63,179 bases of DNA, filler included, from Octopus bimaculoides (GCF_001194135.2; 9 parts of 6 records of this genome joined end to end with filler, not necessarily neighbours in it), one strand, 5' to 3'. Numbered from the whole stretch's first letter, positions 11,961 through 25,940 are shown. The notes: generated from the sequence alone by a model not told the origin. Numbers and translations are program-made.

Positions 11961-12161
11961 GTTATAATATTATAATAAAACTCATAAGTCTGGTTAAAAA
12001 CAACTACCCAGGGTTAACTGGTCGAAATAATAATTTATTTCGCCATTTTTCAAGCTGTGTTTAACAAGTTATCAAGATTTGTGATTTTATTACATTATCT
12101 TTACTTTCTCAGCTGATCGAGTGCCTTACATAATTATATGTGACACACACACACACATACT

Positions 12162-12669
12162 GATTTCAGCCGTTTGACGACAGTCTTGCTGGAGCACCAC
12201 CTTCTAGGGTTACAGTCGAGACAAATCGACCCCAGAACTGATTATTTTTTAAGCCTAAAACTTATTCTATCCGGCTCTTTTATCGCAACGCTAATGTTAT
12301 GTGGACGTCAACACACCAACAACGGTTGTCAAGCAGTGATGGGGGGGGGGGAGACTAACAGACACAAAGAGACACATACACATGCACACACACACGCTTG
12401 TATATAGGCGCAGGAGTGGCTGTGTGGTAAGAAGCTTGCTTCCCAACCACATGGTTCAGGGTTCAGTCCCACTCCGTGGCACCTTGGGCAAGTGTCTTCT
12501 GCTCTAGCCTCGGACCGACCAAAGCCTTATGAGTGGATTTGGTAGGCGGAAACTGAAAGAAGCTCANNNNNNNNNNGTGGCACCTTGGGCAAGTGTCTTC
12601 TGCTCTAGCCTCGGACCGACCAAAGCCTTATGAGTGGATTTGGTAGGCGGAAACTGAAAGAAGCTCATC

Positions 12670-12703
<34 letters not shown>

Positions 12704-13362
12704 CTTGACAACCGATGTTGGTGTGTTTACGTCCCTGTAACTGAGCGGTTCTTTTAAAGAAGCCGATAGAATAAGTACTAGACTTACAAATAACGTGTGC
12801 GCGCACGTGTAAATATAACTATATATCCATATATGTGTGTGCATGCATACATACAGACGGTGCTCCAGCATGGGTGCAGTGAAATGACTGAAACAAGTAA
12901 AAGAATTAAAAAAAATATGTATATATATATGTCCTGTCAACACCTCAAATGTAAACATATGTATATATATATGTGTGTGTTTGTCCCTTCAACATCGCTT
13001 GACAACCGATGCTGGTTTGTTTACGTCCCCGTAACGTAGCGGCTCGGCAAAAGTGACCAATAAAATAAGTACTAGGCTTACAAAGAATAAATCGTGGGGT
13101 CGATTTGTTCGACTGAAAAGGCGGTACTTCAGCATGGCTGCAATCAAATGACTGCAATAAGTAAAAGAGTATATGTATATATATATATATAATTATACAT
13201 AACAGGCTTCTTTCAGTTTCTGTCTACCAAGTCTACTCACAAGGCTTTGCTCGGTCCGAGGCTATAGTAAAAGACACTTGCTGTAGTTGCTACGCAGTAG
13301 GACTGAAACGGGAACCATGTGTTTGGGAAAGAAGCTTCTTACCACAGAGCCACGACTGCGCC
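12162..13362. mobile_element. Cluster of SINE family B heads and tail modules in both orientations
   Basis: Tail module (-) 12162-12375, head (+) from 12407, tail pieces (+) 12703-12790 and 12960-13170, head (-) 13200-13362. Confidence 0.8.
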
Positions 13363-14301
13363 TAAATTCTCAAATAATCTTTCATAGGGATTGTTGTAAT
13401 TCAAGCGTGAACATTCATTGTGGGTTTCTTTAGTTGCATAAATCTCATAACTCCCTATAATCTTGGTAAATATAATGTTTTATGTCACGTTTTGGCTAAT
13501 ATTCTTGTAAATGAAGCCAATATTTTTCATGTTTTTCACGACGGTCATATGACTCCAGATTATGTCGATTTGGAAATATCATAACTATGTCCCACTACTG
13601 GTGCCAAAATATTGATATTTGTTACCTTATTATATTTTTAGTATTAATCTAACGCTTTGTTAATATTCCTTCGTAACCTTTTCTTCCATTTATGTAATCT
13701 ATCAAGCTCATTGATTTCTAAGTATTTGTCAGCCTGTGTTGCAATTCTCATTTTTATTAATTTTGCTTTCTTACATGTCAGAAATAATCTTTTATTTATG
13801 TTTAGGGTATCAAGTTTGCGAAAATATGGGAACTGTGAAGAAATGCCGATATGGTTGTGACCACAGTTGACCTATCAGCCATTAATATGCTCGTTTTTTT
13901 TTCTCCTGTTTTATATTCAGAATTTAGCTATCCGAATTCTTTAAGAGTTGCTGCAGATATAATCAATTCACCAACTTTTTTTGTCATAGTCAATGACAGC
14001 ATGTATCATTCCTTTTTTTTTTAATGAATTGGAAAGGTAATGGGCAACATTGAAGACTTCCTTTTTATATCACACTCGCATGGTCAATAGTCCTCTGCCA
14101 CAAGTTTTTTCAAGAATACAGTTGCTAAATATTAGACATATGCAGTATGTAGTATAATGCTGATAGACCTCTCGTATTACAGGCTACACAATTTAGTTCC
14201 GTCCAAAGTAGTATATTATGACTGACGCTGCAAATTTGTTGATGAAAGATAATCTCTTTACTATTGAAATGAGTTTGTAATATTTTTTTTTTTTACTCTC
14301 T

Positions 14302-14690
14302 AAGACAGCGAGCTGGCAGAATCGTTAGCATGCCGGGCAAAATGCTTAACTGCATTTCGGACGTCTTTGCGTTGTGAGTTCAAATACCGCTGGCGTCGAC
14401 TTTGCTTTTCATCCTTTCGGGATGGAGTTTAGTACTGGAGTCGATGTAATCGACCTACCCGCTTTCTTGAAATTGTTGGCCTTGTACCAAAATTTGAAAC
14501 CAATATTCTTTGACTTTCTTCTGTCTTTGCTGAGTTCAAATTCCGTGGAGATGGACTTTACCTTTCATCCTTTCGGGATCGATAAAATAAGTACCAGTTG
14601 AGCACTGGTGTCGATATAATCGAAACCTCCCCTTCCCCGAAATTTCTCTCCTAATGCCAAAATTAAAAATCAATATTCTTTTATTTCTAA
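14302..14690 (+). mobile_element. SINE family C plus partial tandem copy
   Basis: AAGACAGCGAGCTGGCAGAATCGTTAGC...GAGTTCAAAT...GTCGACTTTGCTTTTCATCCTTTCGGG; a second partial copy spans 14515-14690. Confidence 0.8.
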
Positions 14691-15719
14691 AATCATTCAT
14701 TGCTTAATCTCCTTCATATACTTACCTTTTATGCATACAGTTTTATTCTTATCTATGTCCAAACACACGCAGAATATAGAATTGTCCAGGTATTTTATTG
14801 ATTTTCCTCTCTGGAGTTCCAAATCATTTGCGCTACTAATACTAAAAATATGACGCTTCATTGTCAGTCATGCATTTTTCACTTGAAAAGTCCTTTTAGT
14901 GTTCTTGTTAAAGTATTTTTCATTATTCTGAAGCAGTGTACCGTTCGGAGCATCCTACATTAGATCAGTTTTGATGACGTGTTTTGGGAATAGCTTAAGA
15001 CAGTCACCACTTCTTTCTCTTCCTCTACGCTGTATCCCAAATTTGTTATTTATTAAAAGAATCAAAGCTAACGAATATTAGATGAAATGAAAACTAGAGA
15101 GACTGTCTCCTTAGAATATTTAGGGAATATTCTAGGATGCTGGAATTTACGGGTTACAGTGTTATTCGTGACCCTAAAATCAGTCTGTCACTTCTTTATT
15201 ATTGTTTAAATGAAGTTTTCCATGGAGTCATCAAATTGATTATAATTCGGGTATTTTGATAAAGTTGTCATGAGAGATCAAATCAAAATACTTTCTCAGG
15301 TCAATTTAAGAATATCAGAAATTTCTTTTTCGTATCTTGGTACCACCCTGTGTCATCTTATTAACAAATCATGACTATGCACACCTTCTGCTTCACAGTA
15401 ATTACATAGTTAGTTTTACTTCACTATTTCTTTTATATTAGCTTCTTGATAAGACCTAGAAGAAGGCACTTCTTTTCCACTCACCAAAAGGAATAGCGCT
15501 CTGGCCTGGTGGAATTGATGTCATCAAATGGTATCGAACTATCATCAAGTGTTTCGACCCCTGAACACTATCACTCTCTCATTGGTAGGTCAGAAGATAT
15601 GGCCAAATCATTGCTCATCATCTTCTCCTGATTATCAGTTTAACTCATCTCTCTTGCTACATTACCAGAACGAGGCTCCTTCTGCAACCATTCCCATCCT
15701 GTACGCGGTTACTCTTCAC

Positions 15720-16260
15720 TCATTCCAATGGCTGTAAGCATCCGCCATACCGACTCAGCAGGGAATTCGTTACAGCCAACATCGACATGGAAAATCCACA
15801 ACTGCCATTTCTCCTCCCTGTAATTCTTTGAAAGCTTTCGTATTAGGCACGCTTCAATTTGTAGGCCTGATCACACCCCCATCCTTCTTCCCACGAGACT
15901 TACCTTTTCAGACCGCAAAATTACATCTGGCCTTAGGGTTGTATAAATGACATGGGGAAACTGCAGTTTTTCCCCTGGTCCGCTTTCATATCCCATGATT
16001 GGTACCCGCGTAGTAAACCAGTTGCCCTTTTTGTTGTCCTCACTAGCTTTTCTCCTTTCACTAATTTGATGTCTGCCGTTACTTTCCCCTGTGCAGGTTT
16101 GCTGTCGGGAGTGTATCATATTTTGGAGAGCATTAGTTTAAAGATTATCAGTAGACAAATGACAGGAATAGTTAGATCATTGAAATGCTTTCTTTTCTCT
16201 TGTGACTTAGCGCTGTTCAACTAGTAAGGGGCCAGGTAGGCAATTGGTCTGAATTGCTTA
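15720..16260 (-). mobile_element. RLE-type non-LTR retrotransposon (Hero-like) C-terminal fragment
   Basis: Minus: KLQFPHVIYTTLRPDVILRSEK...WQLWIFHVDVGCNEFPAESVWRMLTAIG, a PD-(D/E)xK restriction-like endonuclease context. Confidence 0.75.
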
Positions 16261-18239
16261 AGATGTTAGAGTCAGCGATTGCATGATAGTGGAGTTTGTC
16301 ACATAACATCCAATAATAGTTTAAATCATTTTGTTAAGTTTTGGAAGTTATATATAGCTAACCTTAAATAAAATATTGTGATGCTTTGAAGAGATGTCTT
16401 TCAGTTTCTGTTGTGCTGTAGTGTTCCAGACTACATTTTCGGTATATTTAGCAACATTTTGAAATATAATTTCCCGAAATGTTTCGGTTTTATAAGCGGG
16501 TGTTGTAGCAACGCGATAACTGCATATTGTCTTATGCAATTTTAAGAGATGTTTTCAAACACGTTGATTTTTGGTGTGTTCTCGCCACTGCTTAATATTA
16601 GTCAATCACCCAGATATATATATCTATTCATCGACACTTCTATGGTATTAACAGTGGTGGTTTGTATTCTAAGAGCTACTAGCTACTTTGAAGGTAAAGA
16701 TGCATCTGAACTGATAGTGTTATCAGAATTAAAGCGCTTTAGCTTCCTGCCTTCTAATACTATCATCATGTATTGTATACTTTTAAAGTAGAACTGGTTT
16801 CGAATTTTAAGATGTTTTAGCCCCTGAATATTCAGCCTACTTCCAAAATGTTTCCCTTGCATGAGGCGTCGAATGATGCGCGCACCAAAATTCAAAGAGC
16901 TAGATTTGATGATACACTACAAACCGATATTTTGGTAGAGCGATGTCCTACATAAGTAGTAAATAGGTTAGATTCTTCCGACACATGGGTTAGGGGAGTA
17001 CATTTTTGTTTCTCCCTTATTTCGGGACTAGGCACCTACTAACACATTCTGTTACGAAATGTCCCACCAGCACTTTTCAGTCATTTCCTTACGTCGCTTT
17101 CATGCATTGTAGGTAACTTGTGCCAGTCTGTGAATCATTTAGTTCGCCCTGTGGAAACACTCTCAGCCCAGGAATGTTATATAAAGCTTCATTTTGTGTT
17201 GTATACTCATTTTTGAGGTGAAATGAGCGTTTCTCCAGGTTTTGGAGAATCTTGAAGCTGAGCTTTATTTCTTGCTGTTACTTTCGCTATTTTTCTTCAC
17301 GTTTCTTTATCCTTGTTATTTCCGTCACTGTTACTGTGGCGTTGTCGTTTTTGTTGCTTCTTGATTTCTTGTTGTTGTAGATGATAATGATGATGATGTT
17401 AGTGTTACTTGTTTCGTTCGACTTTTCGCTGACATTTTCATCTTTTTGTTGGTCTTGTCGATATTGACATTTTTATCTTTACCAACTCCTATTCTATCCT
17501 TTTTCTTCGTTTTTATTGCTGCTATAGGTGTTGGTGTTGTTTCTGCTGTTGTTTAAGATGGTGATTTTCTTGTCATCGTTATTCGTATTGATATCGTTGA
17601 TGTCCATATCCACTCCACAGCTAGGTTTTATTATATTATTACTGATGTAGTTAGAGTTAACACCAACACATTTCTTATGATATTTCTCAGAAAACATTTC
17701 GAGAAAATAACTTATTTTCGCATTGCAGACGTCATTTTCAATGCAGACGATAATTTTAGCGTTAATACTATCAAGCTGTCATGGTTGTCTATCACCTTCC
17801 CTCTTTAAACACAAAATACGTTGATCTTTTGGATGAAAGTATTTATCAGCAGACTGCAGACGATGGTGAAAGTTAACTGCACTTCTTTTAATTGTGGGAG
17901 ACACTGGGAGTTTTAAACCCACTTCTTCCCAAGGATGTCTCAAAAATAAAACCAATAAAGATTCTAACTTTCGTCTGGGATATTTAGGAAAACTGCATGG
18001 AGAGATTAGTTTTACGTCAAAGCAGCTTCAGTATAATCACAGTTTCTGATTTAGACTCAAGGTCAGCGATTTTTAGGGGAGTATATTAGTCAATAACACC
18101 AATCCCTGTACATGAACTGGCACTTTAATTTATCGACTTCAAAGAGAGGAAAAACATTGCTGAGTCCAATAGGATTCGAATTCAAAACATAAAGAGTCGG
18201 AACATATACCACTCGAACGATTTTGCCAGTTCAATGCCT

Positions 18240-18341
<102 letters not shown>

Positions 18342-19989
18342 TCTATTAATTTATTCTTTAATCACTATGAAAGCTGGAAAAATATAGAAATATTAAACAG
18401 GATGTTTACAAATACGTATCGGGTGGAACAGATGTATACCAAGATGAGTAGAAGAGTGAAAGTATATATATATATCGTTGCTTTTATGTTAAACTGTCGC
18501 ATGTCCAACTTTGGCCAAATGCATTTTTTTTCAATATTTACTTTTGCTTCCAATAGCCCCTTCTTTTGGTCAAACTATCGCATCTTTAGCTGCTTCACAT
18601 GCCAAGATACCAAAAATTGTCAAAGTGTAGTACAACGGTTTTGCTATGGAATGGAAAAACTTTCTTTTTCGTTTTCTGAAAAAGCAAAGTTTTAGACTTA
18701 CGACACTTTTGCATAATAGCAACGATGTACGAACGAAACAAATTAAGAACTTATAAAACACAAAGCAATTACACAGAATAAATAGCAATGTATAATAAAA
18801 GACACAATAATTAAAACAAGGTATATGAATATTAAACTTCCATTTGTGCTGACAAGAGTACTGCAGGTTCTTTATAATGTTTCTATTGTATTTCTCAATA
18901 TCTTTAGTGAGGAGTTCTTGTGCTATCGCGGGCAAATGATGGTCACGTCACTGGATCGTATAACACTTCATAACATCTACCCGGAATTTGTAGTAATATT
19001 CAGTGCTTTTCATGATGTTTGAAATATGATCCAATTTGCTTCTCGATCAGTACTGTGTCTGAATATTCCTTGTACTACTGTTCTACCACTGCTATTTTTG
19101 CTGGCGCTAATATTCTTGTTGCTCTTATTATTGCTGCTATTCTACTGTGGAATCTGCAGGAGTAGGAGTCTTCCCTCTTTTATCCGACAGAAAGTCATTT
19201 AGTAGCTGTCGGCACTTCGTGTGCGGCACCCTCCACACAGGAAGTGCCAGATGTCACACATAAAGTGTCGCACTGCCAGCGTCGCAAACAGCTGAGGTTT
19301 AACAGCTTCACCGGATCGAAATTAGCTCTTTCCTTCCTGATCCTTTTACATCAGGTGCTTCATTCCAATCCTCGACTAGTTCTCATGGCACACATTGTAT
19401 ACTTCCAGAGCACTCTCCTTATCTTTATCGCTTAGAGTGACTGTCACCAGCTGCCGCATTTTCCCCTTTGGCAGTAAAACCACCATCCTCACCCTCATCA
19501 CTCACCTATGTAGGACGTGATAATGTGATAAGGATAAATTCATCTTTCTTGACAGTAGGTCCTCATTTCCTTCTCGGAGGAGAATCTTACCTCTACTGTC
19601 TCAAGCTACTTAACACATATGACAAATATTTTCTGGTCCTATTCCTCCCTCAAGTACCTCTCGTCTCGTGCAGACGTAGCATTTCCACACGCTAACTTAC
19701 TATATTTGTGAATTTATCTGCGACTAAATTTCTCGGCGTTTTTAATCACTTTCCATAGTGTGGCCAAAATAACTTCTCAGTATTCCTCTTATACGAACCT
19801 CTTAGTCTCTTACAGTACTTCTCTTTTTAGTTTTAAAATTTCCTTAGTCTTATTCACTTTACTATATATATTTCGTTACTCAACCGGAGAGGTTGTTGCT
19901 TACTGCTTTGGTAATAGTGACGGTGGAGTTAGATATGTTTAAATGTTCATTTTTGAGTTGGTGGTTACGAGTTGGTCCTGTTATTGCTG

Positions 19990-20320
19990 CCTTTGTCGGT
20001 TGTCGTAACTGAAGCCTTGATAGAAGTGGTATTGGTGTCGCTTGGTTGTGTAGTTGTTTCATGGTGTTTTTGCTTGGTGGTGGATTGACTCTTAATTCAG
20101 CTTGTGGTAGCGGTCTTGCTACCATTTCTTTGCATGTTGCTGTTGCTGCTACTGTTTAGCTTGCTGGTATTGTTTTCGTTATTTATTCCTGGTGATTTGT
20201 TGCTATTGTTGTTGTAGCTAACGTCATTACTCAACAAGCTAACAATGCCGTTAGGCTTGGGAAATCAACTTCGGTGAAGATTAGCATTTTCAACACTCTC
20301 CCTGTTTTTAACGTCTGCCA
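19990..20320 (-). repeat. ~310-bp dispersed repeat copy 1 (probable LINE 5' end/ORF1 start)
   Basis: Direct repeat of 22612-22915 (shared CTTGATAGAAGT...GCTAACGTCATT...CTTCGGTGAAGATTAGCA). Confidence 0.7.
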
Positions 20321-20600
20321 TCTCCTCATCTTCACGGCTTGTTAACAAATACAACGCCATCTTTTTTATTTAAGTATTTTCGAATATTTTCGGTGAGAAA
20401 TGTTTCGGGGATATAGCCCCTGTTAGGTTTGAAATAAAAGAAGCGACCAATCATAAGAGGTCGACGTCAGTTTCAGACAAAACAGAAAGCAATCATTCAT
20501 AACAACAAAAGGAGCAAGCGAGCAACGATTGTTCTTAAGCATACGCAGTGGATACCCATAAGGACTACGACAAAAACAACAACAACAACAGCAACTACTT

Positions 20601-20635
<35 letters not shown>

Positions 20636-20798
20636 GCATTTGTTTTTCATATTTGCTACGAGAATTCTTTTGTACTGACGATAAAATCATTAAACAGCGT
20701 GTTTCTAAAACGCATGAGTATGCACAAAAGAGAACTATGTACAATCAAGGGAGACAGAGCCATAATGCACAAAGAAACACCCACACCCACACACACAC

Positions 20799-20837
<39 letters not shown>

Positions 20838-21661
20838 NNNNNNNNNNNNNNNNNNNNNNNNNNNNNNNNNNNNNNNNNNNNNNNNNNNNNNNNNNNNNNN
20901 NNNNNNNNNNNNNNNNNNNNNNNNNNNNNNNNNNNNNNNNNNNNNNNNNNNNNNNNNNNNNNNNNNNNNNNNNNNNNNNNNNNNNNNNNNNNNNNNNNNN
21001 NNNNNNNNNNNNNNNNNNNNNNNNNNNNNNNNNNNNNNNNNNNNNNNNNNNNNNNNNNNNNNNNNNNNNNNNNNNNNNNNNNNNNNNNNNNNNNNNNNNN
21101 NNNNNNNNNNNNNNNNNNNNNNNNNNNNNNNNNNNNNNNNNNNNNNNNNNNNNNNNNNNNNNNNNNNNNNNNNNNNNNNNNNNNNNNNNNNNNNNNNNNN
21201 NNNNNNNNNNNNNNNNNNNNNNNNNNNNNNNNNNNNNNNNNNNNNNNNNNNNNNNNNNNNNNNNNNNNNNNNNNNNNNNNNNNNNNNNNNNNNNNNNNNN
21301 NNNNNNNNNNNNNNNNNNNNNNNNNNNNNNNNNNNNNNNNNNNNNNNNNNNNNNNNNNNNNNNNNNNNNNNNNNNNNNNNNNNNNNNNNNNNNNNNNNNN
21401 NNNNNNNNNNNNNNNNNNNNNNNNNNNNNNNNNNNNNNNNNNNNNNNNNNNNNNNNNNNNNNNNNNNNNNNNNNNNNNNNNNNNNNNNNNNNNNNNNNNN
21501 NNNNNNNNNNNNNNNNNNNNNNNNNNNNNNNNNNNNNNTATATATATATATATATATGATAGTTAATTAAAAAAACGGAAAAAAATACAAGAAAAAACAA
21601 CAATACGAGAACATAGTATATGTAGTTAATGAGACATTCAGAGAAGGAAAGAAAGAGGGGT

Positions 21662-21698
21662 TGTTTTACGTTTCGAGCATAGCTCTTCTTCGGAAACA
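21662..21698 (-). ncRNA. Minimal hammerhead-like motif (core variant)
   Basis: Minus: TGTTT CCGAAGA A GAGC TAT GCTC GAAACGTA AAACA, giving 5-bp stem I, 4-bp stem II and palindromic ACGT helix III. Confidence 0.6.
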
Positions 21699-22054
21699 GG
21701 AGACATAAGAAAGTCCAAAAGAAAGGGAAGAAGGATGAAACAAATCACCAACAGTCCACATGTAGTTATATATATATATATTATTTACTATACATGATAA
21801 ACAAATAGGAGGACATACGCACTCACATGTGTGCCCATCAGCTTGATTGGGGGCAGAGAAAACCACACAGTATATCTCACCTGTTACTTATGCTGGAAGC
21901 AACGGTAAACTAAATGCATCTGAAGTTTTATTGGTCGGATTACACTTAAAGCGACGAAGTTCCTTTAACTGAATGTGAACCACTTGTATGGTCTTCATCA
22001 AAAGTCGGCCCAGTAGGTCTCCCTGGTATAGGCACCCAAACTCATGCTCCAATA

Positions 22055-22195
22055 AAATATTGGTTTCAATTTTGGCACCAGCCCAGCAATTTCGGGGGAA
22101 AGGTAAGCCAATTACATCGACCCTAGTGTCCACAGGTTCTTTTTTTTTTTTACCGACCTCGAATGGATAAAAGGCAAAGTCGACCTCGGTGGCTG
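22055..22195 (-). mobile_element. SINE family C fragment
   Basis: Reverse complement of the GAGGTCGACTTTGCCTTT..ATCC..TCGAGGTCG core. Confidence 0.7.
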
Positions 22196-22611
22196 GCTGG
22201 CTGAGAAAAAGAAGAAATCAAACAAGAGAAAGCTCGACAAAATCAACCTAGTCTTCCATCATTACCGTCCAGAATCGGTCTATTTAGTCATCAACGCCAT
22301 TACCATAAATGGAGCGATCAACAAAAAAGAAATTAAATTATTGGATATGAGATAAAGCTCACGATGACCACACACACACACACACACACACACACGCGCG
22401 CGCACACGCACACACACACACGTGCGCGCACACGCACACACACACACAAGTGTGTGTGCATGTATGTGTATGTGTGTGTGTGTGTGTGTTTACGCTTGTG
22501 CTTGTCCCCGTTCACCGCTCGTCAACCGATGTTGGTTTGTTTACGTCCCAGTAACGTAGTATTTCAGCAAAAACACCGATGAGATAAGTGCAAGACTTAT
22601 AAATATATAAA

Positions 22612-22915
22612 TTCTGTGGTTGTCGCAATGGTATCCTTGATAGAAGTAGTGATAGCATCGCTTGGTGTTGCTGTTGCTTGGAGACGTAGTTGCTTGATGG
22701 TGGATTGGCTCATAATTCAGCTGGTGGTGGCGGTCTTGCTACCGTTTCTTTGCCGTTGCTGCTACTGTTTAGCATGCTGGTATTGTTTTCGTTATTTCTT
22801 CCTGGTGATTTGTTGCTATTGTTGTAGCTAACGTCATTGCCCAACACACAACGATGTTAGGCTCGGGAAATCGACTTCGGTGAAGATTAGCAATTCAATT
22901 TTAACACTCTGTCTT
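22612..22915 (-). repeat. ~310-bp dispersed repeat copy 2
   Basis: Direct repeat of 19990-20320. Confidence 0.7.
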
Positions 22916-23314
22916 CCACCAAACGCTTGAAAGAGGTGCCGTAGCACGGTCGCAGTCTAATGATTGAAGCAATTACTCGATAAAAGATATTATATCGACA
23001 TGAAATACGAAATACTGAAATTCTGGAATAAAGAATAAAGAAACTGATATGGTCACGATCCTACCAATTATCATTTGAGGCTTTGGGACAACTGTTAGAA
23101 AGGAATTCAGTGGCACCTCTTTGAAAGCTTGATACGGGAGTGGTAAGTTGTTATTTAATTCAATCTGTAAGAATTACCCAGACAATTCTTGATATGAAGT
23201 AAAAAGAGAAATAATCAGTAGGGAAGGACATTAATAAAAGAAAGTAGAAATGTGATTTTTTGGTATCCAAGATCGAATATTGTGGTCCTCGTAAGAAAAT
23301 TATAATGGTTTCAA

Positions 23315-23520
23315 ATTTAGCAAGGAGCTAGTAGTTTTTTGTGGGAAGGCAGCAGTCGTTTACATCAATCCCACTACTTGGCTAGTAATCATTTTATCGA
23401 CCTCGAAAGGATGAAAAGCAAAGACGACCTCGGCAGAATTTTACCTCAGAACATAAAGACGGACGAAATGTTGCCTAGCATTTTGTCCGGCTTGCAAACG
23501 ATTCTGACTGATTGTCGCCT
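23315..23520 (-). mobile_element. SINE family C
   Basis: Reverse complement of the family C head and core. Confidence 0.75.
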
Positions 23521-23997
23521 TAAAGTAAATTTTTATAATAATTATTTCTTCTTATATTATATCATTAACAAACGAAAACCATAACAAAGTTTAAAAAATA
23601 ATTAATATAGACATTTTATAGTCATGCCAATTGGTGTATAGCTTGTGCAATAAACTGGAAAATAACATTTCGAAAAATTAGTTGCGCAGCATCTTAATTT
23701 GCAAATACAATCAGTTAAGCGAGAAAGGTATATAATTAAGTACAAAGATATTACAAAATGATAACATTTAAAAAAATTTCTTATGGTCTGAGAGCGTAGA
23801 AGGACTTTCTAAATACTACATTTTATATATGGTGTATGTAGTCTGGCAAGAACAAATCTATTTGCTGCAGATAATTTTTCATTAGATACAACCTAGTGAC
23901 TGGCTATATTTAGAAATCGGCTGATAAGCCACAGCTACAGAGTGACCAAATCTATCTAACTATCTATCTATCTATCTATTTATCATCTACCTTTTGT

Positions 23998-24437
23998 TTT
24001 ATTGTTTCAGTTATTAGACTGCGGCCATGCTGGTGCACCGTCTTGAAGAATTTTGAGGCGAAAGAATCGACCCTCAAGACTTATCTATTTACTTATTAAT
24101 TTTTCTTTTTTTAAACTTAGTAATTATTCTATCAGTCTCATTTACCTAATCGCTAAGTTGCGAGACGTAAACACACAAACATCGGTCGCCAAGTGGTAGT
24201 AGGGGACAAAAGTAGACACAATGACGCACACGCGCGTATACACACACTCACACACTCACACAAATGTATATATAAACAGCAAGCTTCTTTCAGTTTCCAT
24301 CTACCAAGTCCATTCAGAAAGTTTTGGTCACCCTGAGGCTATAGAAGAGGGTACTTGCCCAGGTACCACGCATAAGATTGAACCCGGAACCATGTGGCTG
24401 GAGAACAAACTTCTTCCCACACAGTCACGCTTGCACC
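23998..24437 (-). mobile_element. SINE family B, full composite (head-CORE / microsatellite / tail)
   Basis: Head 24265-24437, CA/TA spacer, tail module 23998-24220. Confidence 0.75.
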
Positions 24438-24560
24438 AATAAAGAACGGAAGACAAAATTGACCTTGGTAAAATTTGAACTTAGAACACAAAGCTGAAGA
24501 ACGAAATGCTCTGAGCATAATGTAGAGCATTATGTACATGCACACATATATACTTACGTG

Positions 24561-24606
<46 letters not shown>

Positions 24607-25159
24607 NNNNNNNNNNNNNNNNNNNNNNNNNNNNNNNNNNNNNNNNNNNNTTAATTAATTAANNNNNNNNNNNNNNNNNNNNNNNNNNNNNNNNNNNNNN
24701 NNNNNNTTTCTCTCCCTCTTTCTTAAAATACCTTAAACTTTACCCAACGAATGAGGAACATATAAAGACGGCTTATCTGAGTAGAACAGTTGCCAAGAAA
24801 TTGCTCTTTCAACAACGTTAAGCGATAAAATTCATTCTACATCCTCTGTGAGGATTTCAATGGAGAAAATATGTAAAGAAATGTAAAGTAAATACAACGA
24901 TTTGTAAAGGTACATGATTATTTCAAGATACGGAAGAAATGATTTCTGGTTACGGACCAGGTTTTCCAAGTTGGAACGCAAAAATCTGTATATTTTGTGC
25001 CATCTCTCTCCCACTTTCCGTCTCTCTGTTTCCCTTTCTCTCTCTTTCCCATTCTCTTTCTTTCGCTCTTTTTCTATCTCTTTCTCTCTTTCTATCTCTT
25101 TCTCTTTTCTCTTTCACTCTCTTTTTCTCTTTCTATCTCTTTCTCTCTTTGTTTCTTTG

Positions 25160-25206
<47 letters not shown>

Positions 25207-25388
25207 CTTTCTTTATCTCTCTCTTTCTTTCTCTCTCTCTTTCTTCTCTCTCTCTCTTTCTCTCCCTCTCTTTCTTCTCTCCCTCTCTCAACAGCTTTGA
25301 ATGAATTATCTTTCAACATACTGGAGCAACCAGAAAAAAGGAAGAAGATTTTCTGAGAGAGTGTGAAACCAAGAGAAAGAAGAGAAAG

Positions 25389-25450
<62 letters not shown>

Positions 25451-25906
25451 GGGAGAAGAACGAGGCAGGAAGAGAAGAAGAGACTGAAGGACGAGGAGTA
25501 AGCAGCTGTTGTGTTAGATTGGCGGATACTCTTTGCTTAATCAGCAAATGGAAAACTAGTTTCTTATCGATTTCTGCCGACAGAATAATGACACAAGCAT
25601 TGCAGAAGAAGCAACAGTTTATTGAAAGTAGTGTTGGTTTCCAGGAGACTCTGTCATCTGCTGTTCCATTCATTTTGATTGAGAAGTGAGTTACAGCATC
25701 ACAACAAACGCTACTTTACATTACATGCACAGAGTCACGTGAACGTGAAAATGGTGGCCGTGTCGGTGATAAGTTGCTGATGGGTAAATGGACGATGTAC
25801 AAATAGGAGGGGATATCAGAGTCAAAAATATATATCGGCTGAATATATGCAGCATCATTGCTGTAAATAATAATAACAATAATAATAATAATAATAAAAA
25901 TGATGA

Positions 25907-25940
<34 letters not shown>

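Larger units (their letters stand above)
13380..17950 (-). mobile_element. Heavily decayed long LINE (APE/RT type), interrupted by younger insertions
   Basis: Minus IDLRKYFDLISHDNFIKI (15305-15252) resembles the RT D..KAFD motif, and KSIKYLD occurs at ~14800. Low-complexity ORF1-like sequence lies at 17250-17950. Boundaries and clade are uncertain. Confidence 0.45.

Noticed and set aside
12476-12667. Perfect 91-bp direct repeat around a 10-N gap
   Set aside because: Unmerged contig overlap inside a SINE; an assembly artefact.
20395-20430. Minus GGGG CTATAT CCCC GAAAC hairpin
   Set aside because: 5' core unrecognisable (CTAACA) and no stem I.
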